Origin: Candidatus Doudnabacteria bacterium
GTDB lineage: Bacteria; Patescibacteriota; JAQUNI01
Direction of reading: 5' to 3'
Length of the DNA stretch: 45,667 nucleotides
Assembly (NCBI GenBank): GCA_041644975.1
Contig: JBAZQX010000003.1
Span: 73,530-119,196, forward strand
Shown: positions 1 to 7,330 of the stretch, in pieces
Layout: each line of letters starts with the position of its first letter
Numbering within the stretch: the first letter of the stretch is position 1
Notes under the pieces: generated by a model
Seen by the model: the letters and a program-made list of their open reading frames with translations, nothing else
Database searches by the model: none
What the model was told of the DNA's origin: nothing
Translations under genes and position numbers: made by a program

Positions 1-761
1 AGAGATAAATATAAAAGAATGGGTAATACCGTGGGAAGTTTAACTCAATTTCAAAGATCAATCATTATCGGATCAGTTTTAGGTGATGGATATCTAAGAA
101 TAGTCCCAAAGAGAAAAAATGCATTCTTAGAAATCAATCATTCTTTTAATCAAAAGGAGTGTATTGATTGGAAATATTTGGCATTAAAAAATATTTCCGC
201 CTCCCCACCTAAAATGCGCAAGGGTAATGGTAAGAGGATGGCTTACCGTTTTCACACAAAACAGTCTTCAGTATTAGCCACAATTTACCGAAGGTTTTAC
301 CAAAATGGTAAAAAGACGATTCCTCAAAATATCATTTTAGATCCGATAAGTTTAGCAGTCTGGTTTATGGATGATGGGAGTAAATGTGGAAAATTTGATG
401 TCTATCTGACTGAATACTCAAAAATTCAGTATAGATGAACAAAAAATTCTCATTCACAGTTTAAGAAGGTTAGGGTTGGAAGCGACGGTGAATAAAGATA
501 AGATTTACTTCCGTTTAAGGTTCCGAAAGGTTTCATTGTCAAAATTAAGAAAGATTCTGAACGAAAATATCATTCCATCCATGAAATATAAAATTGAGTT
601 ATAACCCCGTAGAGACTTGTCCCTAAGAAGGGACGGATAGAAGTGGTGAATCAAATAAATTAAATTACGGCTTCTATAATATGTCAGCCCCCTCACTTTT
701 TAAAAAGGAGGGGTGAAGATATAGTCCGATCCTCTTAGTAATAAGAGAAAATGCCGACAAG
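1..761 (+). mobile_element. Group I intron interrupting 23S rRNA (3' part only; the 5' end lies upstream of the window); hosts a LAGLIDADG ORF
   Basis: Group I core-like elements CCGTAGAGACTT (607-618) and GAAGATATAGTCC (715-727). The intron ends at G761, directly before 23S exon sequence CGATGTCGGCTCGTCGCATCCTGG (about E. coli position 2500). Confidence 0.75.
19..604 (+). pseudogene. LAGLIDADG homing endonuclease, frameshifted (ORF 19-438 continues in the +1 frame to stop 602-604)
   Basis: Two LAGLIDADG-type motifs (IIGSVLGDGYL and AVWFMDDGSK). The frame breaks at a CTGACTGA tandem 4-nt duplication (406-413). Removing one CTGA restores ...FDVYLNTQKFSIDEQKILIHSLRRLGLEATV...SMKYKIEL*, a typical C-terminal half. 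Confidence 0.8.
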
Positions 762-855
762 CGATGTCGGCTCGTCGCATCCTGGAGGTGAAGAAGCTTC
801 CAAGGGTTTGACTGTTCGCCAATTAAAGCGGTACGCGAGCTGGGTTCAAACCGTC
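762..855 (+). rRNA. rrl: 23S rRNA exon (domain V, peptidyl-transferase region)
   Basis: CGATGTCGGCTCGTCGCATCCTGGAGGTGAAG...GACTGTTCGCCAATTAAAGCGGTACGCGAGCTGGGTTCAAACCGTC aligns by eye with E. coli 23S about 2501-2594. Confidence 0.85.
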
Positions 856-1145
856 AACCAAAACCTATTTACTGTTAGATAGGTTTGGCGGCTTCTAGTG
901 GTAACACTAGAATGAAAAACTGACTCATATCGGTGAAATCCTAGTTGACAATTAACCTGTCGCATACTAGGATAATACCGAGGGAAGCATACTTTTTTAA
1001 AAGAGTATTGCCCCGTAGAGACTCAAGGATAAGAACAATCCTTGGATTTAATCTTGAAAAAAGATTAGATAATACGTCAGTGCTCCAAAAAATTATTTTG
1101 GAGTATGGTATAGTCCATGCCACTGGCAACAGTGGAAAAACATGC
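856..1145 (+). mobile_element. ORF-less group I intron (about 290 nt) in 23S rRNA at the ACGTC|GTGAGACAG site
   Basis: The exon sequence ...AAACCGTC stops at 855 and resumes with GTGAGACAGGTTGGTC at 1146. Core-like elements CCGTAGAGACTC (1013-1024) and GGTATAGTCC (1107-1116). Only spurious ORFs lie inside. Confidence 0.7.
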
Positions 1146-1445
1146 GTGAGACAGGTTGGTCTCCTATCTGATACAGCCGCATAAAGTCTTGAGGGAGCCC
1201 ATTTCCAGTACGAGAGGACCGAAATGGATAGACCTCTGGTGTACCAGTTATCTTACCAAAGGTAAACGCTGGGTAGCTACGTCTAGTTAGGATAAATGCT
1301 GAAAGCATATAAGCGTGAAGCCGTTCCCAAGATTAGGACTTTCCGCCGCAAGGCGGAGGATTTGGTCGGAGAAGACGACCTTGATAGGCTCTAGGTGTAA
1401 GTCCTGTAAGGGATTTAGCCGAGGAGTACTAATAGATCCATTTCA
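1146..1445 (+). rRNA. rrl: 23S rRNA 3'-terminal exon
   Basis: GTGAGACAGGTTGGTCTCCTATCTG...CCAGTACGAGAGGACCGAAATGGA...GCTGAAAGCATATAAGCG...TACTAATAGATCC matches the conserved 23S domain V/VI 3' end. The 3' boundary is approximate. Confidence 0.85.
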
Positions 1446-1777
1446 ATCATCTTTTGACCCCGTTAGATAAATTTATTTTCAAAAAGCGCATAAACTGAAC
1501 AAAGTCATAACCCAAAAATTAAATTTGAGTTTTAACCTTTTTAGTTTTGCGTTGCACTCGTGTCTTCCCAACAAAAATCAGCTTTTAAATTGGCTGGTGT
1601 GGTAGTAATGATTGCTGCCTTTATTACGATCGTCTTTTTGCTGACCCCTCCGGCGATCGGAATGAGGTAAAGTAAACCCCACAAAATCATAAATTTTGTG
1701 GGGGACCCCTGAAAAAACCCCAATCAATTCTGCAGTCAACGGAGATCTGTGAGCTAGAATGAATTAACTAATAGCTC

Positions 1778-1893
1778 TCCGGTGATTCTAGCGGAGGGGT
1801 TCCACTTGTTCCCATTTCGAACACAAAAGTTAAGCCCTCCAGCGCCGATGGTAGTGCCTCCCACGGGAGGTGTCAGAGTAGGTCATTGCCGGT
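1778..1893 (+). rRNA. rrf: 5S rRNA
   Basis: A 116 nt stretch with 5S hallmarks: ...CCCATTTCGAACACAAAAGTTAAGCCCTCCAGCGCCGATGGTAGTGC...AGAGTAGGTCATTGCCGG. The terminal helix CCGGTG/CATTGCCGG can pair. Confidence 0.9.
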
Positions 1894-1904
1894 TTATCAA
1901 AAAA

Positions 1905-1932
1905 CAACCCGAAAATTCGGGCTGTTTTTTGT
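1905..1932 (+). terminator. Rho-independent terminator after 5S rRNA
   Basis: Hairpin CAACCCG-AAAATT-CGGGCTG followed by TTTTTTGTTTG. Confidence 0.6.
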
Positions 1933-2125
1933 TTGTTTTATTTGACCCCTCACCTAGAAAAGATACGAATCGCGTAGGTGAGGGGTTTGACTTTACGACT
2001 TTAAAAAATTATGATGAGAGAGGAAGGGTCGCATAGTGGTCTAGTGCGGCGCACTCGCCCCGAGATAAACTCGGGGCGCCACGGGTTTATCCCGTGGCGA
2101 AAAGCTTTTTATATAATAATTCAAT

Positions 2126-2215
2126 GGAGAGGTGCCAGAGTGGTTGAATGGGCCGCTCTCGAAAAGCGGTAGAACCGCAAGGTTCTCGTGGGTTCAAATC
2201 CCACCCTCTCCGCCA
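2126..2215 (+). tRNA. tRNA-Ser (anticodon CGA), CCA encoded
   Basis: Acceptor stem GGAGAGG/CCTCTCC, anticodon loop CTCGAAA, long variable arm (TAGAACCGCAAGGTTCTC), T-loop GGTTCAAATCC, and a 3' G-CCA. Confidence 0.9.
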
Positions 2216-2299
2216 CCTTTCGCTAAAGCTTCAGGTGGCCTTTGGCCATATCAATAAAACGAAAGGTGTAACCCGAAGTTTTAACGAAGGGTTACAGAT

Positions 2300-2536
2300 A
2301 TGTATTACGTTTATTTATTAGAGTTATCCAATGGGAGAATTTATACTGGCTCTACACCGAAGCTCAAAGTGCGCCTAAAAGCACACGGCCAAGGATTATG
2401 CCTATCAACCAAAAATTTTAGACCGGTTAAGCTAATCTGGTGCGGCGTTTTTCAAAACAGGTTAATAGCCAGAAGGTTTGAAAATTATTTAAAATCCGGT
2501 TCGGGACAAGCATTTAGAAATAAAAGACTAATATAA
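2300..2536 (+). CDS. GIY-YIG domain nuclease (small UPF0213-like)
   Basis: N-terminal YYVYLLELSNGRIYTGST (GIY...YTG) followed by R/E-containing helices (LKVRLKAH, ARRFENYLK). Confidence 0.8.
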   Translation: MYYVYLLELSNGRIYTGSTPKLKVRLKAHGQGLCLSTKNFRPVKLIWCGVFQNRLIARRFENYLKSGSGQAFRNKRLI

Positions 2537-2547
2537 AAGTCCGCCAG

Positions 2548-2629
2548 TTAGGGAACGCTGGTTTAAGTGCATATAATATTCAAGAATTGGTATTTTTTAA
2601 AAAACAATTCGCAGAAAAACGAGTTATAT
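2548..2629 (+). repeat. attC-like imperfect palindrome, family T2 (copy 1)
   Basis: TTAGGGAAC-GCTGG-TTTAAGTGC...GCAGAAA-AACGA-GTTATAT, with inner inverted pair GAATTG/CAATTC. Its first 41 nt differ at 2 positions from the copy at 8823. Confidence 0.55.
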
Positions 2630-2704
2630 GCCATTGCCCAAGAATGGAGTTAAAGATGCTAAAAAAGGATTTTGATAATTATAAACTAGTAAATCGGAGT
2701 AACT

Positions 2705-3574
2705 ATGTATAATTTAATTGTTTCTGGCAGTGATGAATCGTGGAACGGAGACCCATTTATTCTTGAAACTGCACGTTGTGTTCGCGAATACACTGATCAA
2801 GATATTACAGAAAAATATAGCAAATTTACTCAATCCAATATTAATGAAATTACGCGATTTCCTTGCATTTTTGCTTATGAGGATAGATGTAGAAAAAATC
2901 CTAAATTTGGCTTAATTAAAGAAATAGCAAAAAGGCAAAAGAAAGTGAAAATAGTTTACGAGATTATTGATTTGGAAATATTTTTAACTTATTCTGATAT
3001 TTCTGACATACAATTTGAATTGGATATTTCTGATTGGGAAATGAATAGAACACATTGGGCAATCAAGAATGTCAACTTAGTAAAAGAATTGATCGTGAAG
3101 GGTATAAAGTTACCTCAATGGGCTAAAATAGATTCGAAGGCTGTTGATATAACGAAGCATCAGTTTGAAGTTGCATTATCATTTCCCGGTGAAATTAGAT
3201 CTTATATTGAGCCAATTATCGCCGAGCTCGAAAGGGAGGTGGGGCCCAACTCGTATTTCTATGATAATAATTATAAAGCGCAATTAGCGAGACCATCACT
3301 AGATATACTTCTCCAAGATATTTATAGAAAAAGATCAAAGTTAATCGTCATATTTTTATGTAAAAAATATCAAGAAAAAGAATGGTGTGGAGTTGAATTG
3401 CGTGCGATTAAAGAAATAATTATGAGTCGCCAACATGAAAAGGTAATGTTTATTAAAGTGGATGATGGAAATGTGGAGGGCGTATTTAAGACGGATGGAT
3501 ACATTGATGGTCATAGCTACAGTCCAAAAGAATTAGCTAGATTTATTAAGGAGCGTATAGATTTGCTCTCATAA
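2705..3574 (+). CDS. TIR-domain protein (C-terminal bacterial TIR; unrecognised N-terminal domain of about 150 aa)
   Basis: The C-terminal half carries FEVALSFPGEIRSYIEPIIAEL...FYD...LIVIFLCKKYQEKEWCGVELRAI. This is the (F/Y)DVALSFAGEDR-type start and the W..E catalytic-Glu context of bacterial TIR/ThsB-like domains. Confidence 0.75.
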   Translation: MYNLIVSGSDESWNGDPFILETARCVREYTDQDITEKYSKFTQSNINEITRFPCIFAYEDRCRKNPKFGLIKEIAKRQKKVKIVYEIIDLEIFLTYSDISDIQFELDISDWEMNRTHWAIKNVNLVKELIVKGIKLPQWAKIDSKAVDITKHQFEVALSFPGEIRSYIEPIIAELEREVGPNSYFYDNNYKAQLARPSLDILLQDIYRKRSKLIVIFLCKKYQEKEWCGVELRAIKEIIMSRQHEKVMFIKVDDGNVEGVFKTDGYIDGHSYSPKELARFIKERIDLLS

Positions 3575-3597
3575 CAATACAAAATACGGGGCAACGG

Positions 3598-3731
3598 CAC
3601 ATAACAAAGCGTAGATGTGTCGCTCGGAGTACGTTGCTCGGGTTACGCCACATTTTTTACTTGTCACGGTTTTTACAAAGAGTAAAAACGCGTGCCAGTC
3701 AAAAAACGTCGTCTACGCTCAAACGTTGAAT
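3598..3731 (+). repeat. attC-like imperfect palindrome (long variant)
   Basis: CACATAAC-AAA-GCGTAGA (3598-3615) ... TCTACGC-TCAAAC-GTTGAAT (3712-3731). Internal hairpin GTTTTTAC/GTAAAAAC. Confidence 0.55.
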
Positions 3732-3836
3732 AAAATGCCACTTACATTTCAAGAGGCAAGATTTAAATTTGTAAACTACCCCGCGGCAGAGACCGCAGGG
3801 TGTTAGAATTATAAACTATTTTTATTATTGTTATTT

Positions 3837-4763
3837 ATGATGATACCAGAATACATCGGAAACGGAGCATATTGTTATGCTAACTCTGTTTCAATGATGT
3901 TAAAACACGCAGGAGAAGATATTGCTCCTTCTTTGATTGAAGTTTTATCGGGAGTAGGGGTGGGGGCGTTTTGGAATGATAAAACCAAATTAATATTTTT
4001 TAGCAATTTGGCAACTTCTCCTGACAAAGGAATAAATAATACTTTTGAACAACTGGGCTTTCAATACAAGGAATCTGTGCAGGATAATGCCGAGAATCCT
4101 CCAATGGACGAACTAAAAAAATATCTTAAATATTCACTCGCTGTAATAGGACCGATTGATATTGCTTATCTAAAAACCAAAGGAGTGAGCGAAGAACCAG
4201 GGGGAGACCACTATGCTGTCGTTTATAAAATAACGGATAATGAGGTTTGGATGCATGATCCTCAAAAATACCCGGCATTAGCAATTCTAATAAGTGAATT
4301 TAAACAAATATGGAAAGCGGAGAATATTGGATATAGAAAAGGTTTCTATCATTACTGGACTTTACCCAAGAGGATAAGAAATTTTTCATCATCGGAGATT
4401 TACAAAAATGTTATTGAACTATGTAAAAAAGTTTATCGTGATAGCAGAGATCATTCAGACGATATATCTATTGATGAGCAAGCGATTGAATCTTGTGCCG
4501 ATTTTATCAAAAATGGTCCCCGACATCTAAAAGATCATTTATTAAAATTCTGCTTTCCATTGGGAGCAAGGAGAGCATTGGATTATGGGCATTTTTTTAA
4601 TAACCACAATAAAAAACTAACTAAAATTAAAGAAAACCAAGCTGTAATATTTAGTCGCTGCCAAATTGCTGGAATGGATAACGATTGGAAGAAAGTATCT
4701 TCTCTGCTAAAAGAGCTGGCGGAGTCAGAGAAAGAATTTAAAGATATTTTGTTTTTAACGTAA
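3837..4763 (+). CDS. Papain-fold cysteine peptidase-like protein (C39/BtrH-N-like), with a helical C-terminal domain
   Basis: Putative Cys-His-Asp triad: GAYCYANSVSMML, GGDHYAVVY, VWMHDPQ. An alternative TTG start lies at 3828. Confidence 0.55.
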   Translation: MMIPEYIGNGAYCYANSVSMMLKHAGEDIAPSLIEVLSGVGVGAFWNDKTKLIFFSNLATSPDKGINNTFEQLGFQYKESVQDNAENPPMDELKKYLKYSLAVIGPIDIAYLKTKGVSEEPGGDHYAVVYKITDNEVWMHDPQKYPALAILISEFKQIWKAENIGYRKGFYHYWTLPKRIRNFSSSEIYKNVIELCKKVYRDSRDHSDDISIDEQAIESCADFIKNGPRHLKDHLLKFCFPLGARRALDYGHFFNNHNKKLTKIKENQAVIFSRCQIAGMDNDWKKVSSLLKELAESEKEFKDILFLT

Positions 4764-4768
4764 ATGCG

Positions 4769-4851
4769 CCCGAACCTAAATGTTTAAGCGCATACAATAT
4801 TCAAGAATTTGTATTTTTTATAAACACAATGCGCATAACAACGAGTTGTAG
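4769..4851 (+). repeat. attC-like imperfect palindrome, family T2 (copy 2)
   Basis: CCCGAAC-CTAAA-TGTTTAAGCGCAT ... ATGCGCATAACA-ACGA-GTTGTAG. The stem GCGCAT/ATGCGC is perfect. It shares the core ATATTCAAGAATT..TATTTTTTA with copies 1 and 3. Confidence 0.55.
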
Positions 4852-4871
4852 AAAATAAATTCTAGCCTAAG

Positions 4872-5213
4872 ATGAAAAAAACAAACTTTTCATTTAAAAA
4901 AGATAAATATAAGTCTGCTCGAGGCGGTCATTCAAGACTGCTTAATGTTTGTTGCCGTAAATGCGAGAATGTTGTCCTTGTTTATCAAAAAGATGGTCCG
5001 GGTAATTTACGACGTTTATATATGGACAGGATATTTGATCCTGCCGAGTTAACCGGACTGCAAGCCTTGAGCATAAAAGACGTTCCGGCATTAAAATGCA
5101 AAAAGTGCGGCGAAGCGCTTGGCACGCCTTATATTTATATCAAAGAAAAACGAAAAGCTTTTAGGCTGTACCAAGACGCGGTCATTAAGAGATTAAGAAA
5201 GTTGAGCGAATAA
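4872..5213 (+). CDS. Hypothetical zinc-ribbon protein
   Basis: Two CxxC pairs (CRKCENV ... CKKCGEA), basic N- and C-termini. No family recognised. Confidence 0.5.
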   Translation: MKKTNFSFKKDKYKSARGGHSRLLNVCCRKCENVVLVYQKDGPGNLRRLYMDRIFDPAELTGLQALSIKDVPALKCKKCGEALGTPYIYIKEKRKAFRLYQDAVIKRLRKLSE

Positions 5214-5236
5214 CAACGGCGGCTGGAATTTACATC

Positions 5237-5313
5237 CCGCAACACCGAATATCTGTTTTCGCTTCGCTTCACCCAAATTGCTATGCAGCTTCAGATATGC
5301 CGATACGTTAGGC
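5237..5313 (+). repeat. attC-like imperfect palindrome, family T1
   Basis: CCGCAAC-ACCGA-ATATCTG ... CAGATAT-GCCGATAC-GTTAGGC. The central part is nearly identical to the copy at 8170-8247. Confidence 0.55.
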
Positions 5314-5338
5314 TAAATTGCCAAATTTAAATAATACT

Positions 5339-5551
5339 ATGGCTACTTACAAAAAAATAATAAATTATGTCAAGAATAAATATGGTTTTACTATAAAAAC
5401 TTGTTGGATTGCACATGTAAAAGAAATCTGTGGGTGTAACCCAAAAATTGCATTAAATAGAATTAGTTTGAATGATAGAGTTAATCCTTGTCCAAAAGAA
5501 AAATTGGAACCGATAAAGGATGCTTTAAGACACTTCGGAATGATAGAATAA
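5339..5551 (+). CDS. Small conserved hypothetical protein (about 70 aa)
   Basis: ATG at 5339 (MATYKKIINYVKNKYGFTIKTCWIAHVKE...); the ORF track starts at TTG 5318. No confident family assignment. Confidence 0.5.
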   Translation: MATYKKIINYVKNKYGFTIKTCWIAHVKEICGCNPKIALNRISLNDRVNPCPKEKLEPIKDALRHFGMIE

Positions 5552-5563
5552 TTTGGCCACATC

Positions 5564-5606
5564 GCCTAACACGGGATATCTAACTTCGCCTATCGATACA
5601 TTATGC
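5564..5606 (+). repeat. Short or degenerate attC-like element, family T1
   Basis: GCCTAAC-ACGG-GATATC ... TATCGATAC-ATTATGC. The 3' end aligns with GCCGATAC-GTTAGGC-TAAATTGCC of copy 5237-5313 but is mutated. Confidence 0.4.
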
Positions 5607-5649
5607 GAAATTACCAACAAATTTATATTCTAAAATTTAACATTATTTT

Positions 5650-6354
5650 ATGTCAGACAAAACTGAAGGGACATTTGCCCCAGAACAAGAAGGAGGGAGG
5701 GGTATAGAAGTCCTAAATTTGCCAGAAGTTAGAGTAAGCTCTGCCTTATTCGCTAGAATTCGTGATAGCCAAGGAAGATATGCGCTTCTTGTGAACAAAA
5801 ATAGAGCAAAAAAGGGAGATATCTTACTAACTCCGATTGGTGGCGCAATTGAAGCCACTGAAGAAGGTTTGCAAAGCCTTCAACAACTTCTTGAAATTGA
5901 GAAAATTGCTTTTGAAAAAGGAAATGATTTACGCTTCCGTATGCCAGGAAAAAAGGCCAATGAATTTAGGGCATGGTTTCTTCAAAGACAACAGAGAGAG
6001 ACGAACCCAATAAGAGAAGTTGTTGAAGAACTTGTTGATGAGGCAGAGCTATTAAAAAAAGAAGATCTTGGTGAGCTTCAGTGTGACTTGGTCGGCTTTG
6101 ATACTGAGCTGGAGGAAACAACACGTATAGGGCAAGAAGGACAAATGACCCTTCGCTTATTGGAAATATTTGAGGCGGGATTAAAAGCTGAAATTCTAAC
6201 CAAATTAGAAGAATTATCTAATCAACCAAACGCAGTTATTTATTTTGCAACCGCCGAAGAAATACAAGCTGGACAAACTAATGATGGAATTAAGATTAGT
6301 AAATCATCCAACTCTCTGCTGAATCCAAAAGAAACGATAGAACCGTTCATATAA
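5650..6354 (+). CDS. Hypothetical protein, possibly a divergent Nudix fold
   Basis: YALLVNKNRAKKGDILLTPIGGAIEATEEG resembles the Nudix strand plus GG..E. A REVVEEL motif follows later. The canonical Nudix box is not intact. Confidence 0.35.
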   Translation: MSDKTEGTFAPEQEGGRGIEVLNLPEVRVSSALFARIRDSQGRYALLVNKNRAKKGDILLTPIGGAIEATEEGLQSLQQLLEIEKIAFEKGNDLRFRMPGKKANEFRAWFLQRQQRETNPIREVVEELVDEAELLKKEDLGELQCDLVGFDTELEETTRIGQEGQMTLRLLEIFEAGLKAEILTKLEELSNQPNAVIYFATAEEIQAGQTNDGIKISKSSNSLLNPKETIEPFI

Positions 6355-6370
6355 ATTTATTGGCAACATC

Positions 6371-6462
6371 ACATAACAGCGTATATCTGGTGAGGTCTCT
6401 TTAGAGAGACCTCACCCATATCCTCACTTCGCTCGGACATCAGATATAGGCAAACGTTAGGC
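6371..6462 (+). repeat. attC-like imperfect palindrome, family T1
   Basis: ACATAAC-AGCG-TATATCTG (6371-6389) ... CAGATATA-GGCAAAC-GTTAGGC (6441-6462). The inner perfect hairpin is GTGAGGTCTCT-TTA-GAGAGACCTCAC. Confidence 0.6.
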
Positions 6463-6527
6463 AAAATCGCGCTGATTTTTATCTTAAATTTAAAATATAC
6501 ACAAACTAACTATTAACACGTACAATT

Positions 6528-7181
6528 ATGGAAAATCAAATTAATCCACAACAAACAAAGAAAACTCAAAGCTCTAAAATTATTTTGGTTGTTGTTATTT
6601 CTGTTATCGCTATAACTTTAATAGTCGGCGGCGGTATTTATTTGTGGCAAAATTCTAAACTGAAATCCGCAAAAAATAATTTACAACTCAAACAAAACGA
6701 GCCTTCTTCTGTTACAGCTGATAAAGAAGGATGGTCAAGTTACCAAAGTCAAAAATGGAATTTTCAGTTTCAATATCCATCAAATTATGTATTGGACACA
6801 ACTTATGAAAATAAGTATGCCGATCAAGGTCACCTCCATCTATATGACACCCCCATCTATGAAGCTATAAAAAAAGGAGAAATTATTGAGGGAGCGCCTT
6901 TAATTGAATTTTCAGCGTATAATAATCCGGATAAGCTTTCCGCGCTCCAATGGGCTAAAAAAGATACGGCGCGCTCTAATTTTTCCGAAGAATATAAAAC
7001 TACGCAGGTTGATAACAGAGACGCTATGTCATATTCTTGGACCGGCTTGGGTGGAGGAGACACAATTCTTCTGACAAGTGATGATTTGGAATATATTTAC
7101 AGCTTTCATGTTTTGTATATGAATGAGAATGAGAAAATAAGAAATGATTTTTTACAAATAGTTAAAACTATAAAATTTTAA
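6528..7181 (+). CDS. N-terminally membrane-anchored or secreted hypothetical protein
   Basis: One N-terminal TM helix (IILVVVISVIAITLIVGGGIYLW) followed by a soluble domain of about 150 aa. Confidence 0.6.
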   Translation: MENQINPQQTKKTQSSKIILVVVISVIAITLIVGGGIYLWQNSKLKSAKNNLQLKQNEPSSVTADKEGWSSYQSQKWNFQFQYPSNYVLDTTYENKYADQGHLHLYDTPIYEAIKKGEIIEGAPLIEFSAYNNPDKLSALQWAKKDTARSNFSEEYKTTQVDNRDAMSYSWTGLGGGDTILLTSDDLEYIYSFHVLYMNENEKIRNDFLQIVKTIKF

Positions 7182-7197
7182 AAATCAGCGCAACATC

Positions 7198-7285
7198 GCC
7201 TAACAGCATATATCTGACTCGGCTCTTACAGTCACTTGACCCATATCCACCTCGGAGGGACATCGGATATCTGTGAACTTGAGGC
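7198..7285 (+). repeat. attC-like imperfect palindrome, family T1
   Basis: GCCTAAC-AGCA-TATATC ... GGATAT-CTGTGAAC-TTGAGGC. The 3' box deviates from GTTAGGC. Confidence 0.5.
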
Positions 7286-7330
7286 GAAATTTTTCAAAAA
7301 ACAATCTATTTTTATAATTTGAACAATTTT

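Noticed and set aside
941-1308. ORFs 941-1129(-), 945-1184(+) and 1093-1308(-).
   Set aside because: They lie within the ORF-less group I intron and conserved 23S rRNA exon sequence, so they are spurious.
1541-2036. ORFs 1541-1723(-) and 1782-2036(+).
   Set aside because: The first lies in the 23S-5S spacer, which contains a hairpin and has no RBS. The second overlaps the 5S rRNA and its terminator.
2027-2100. tRNA-like stretch: GCAT-AGTGGTCTA-GTGC looks like a D-arm and is followed by two strong hairpins (CGCCCCGAG-ATAAA-CTCGGGGCG and CCACGGG-TTTAT-CCCGTGG).
   Set aside because: No acceptor stem can be closed, no 7-nt anticodon loop is flanked by a 5-bp stem, and the last hairpin has a 5-nt loop rather than a T-loop. 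It is more likely another palindromic repeat or a structured spacer.
3615-3806. A 63-aa ORF between the TIR and peptidase genes.
   Set aside because: It lies entirely inside the long attC-like element and the shared cassette leader. The corresponding region at 8248-8290 has no start codon.
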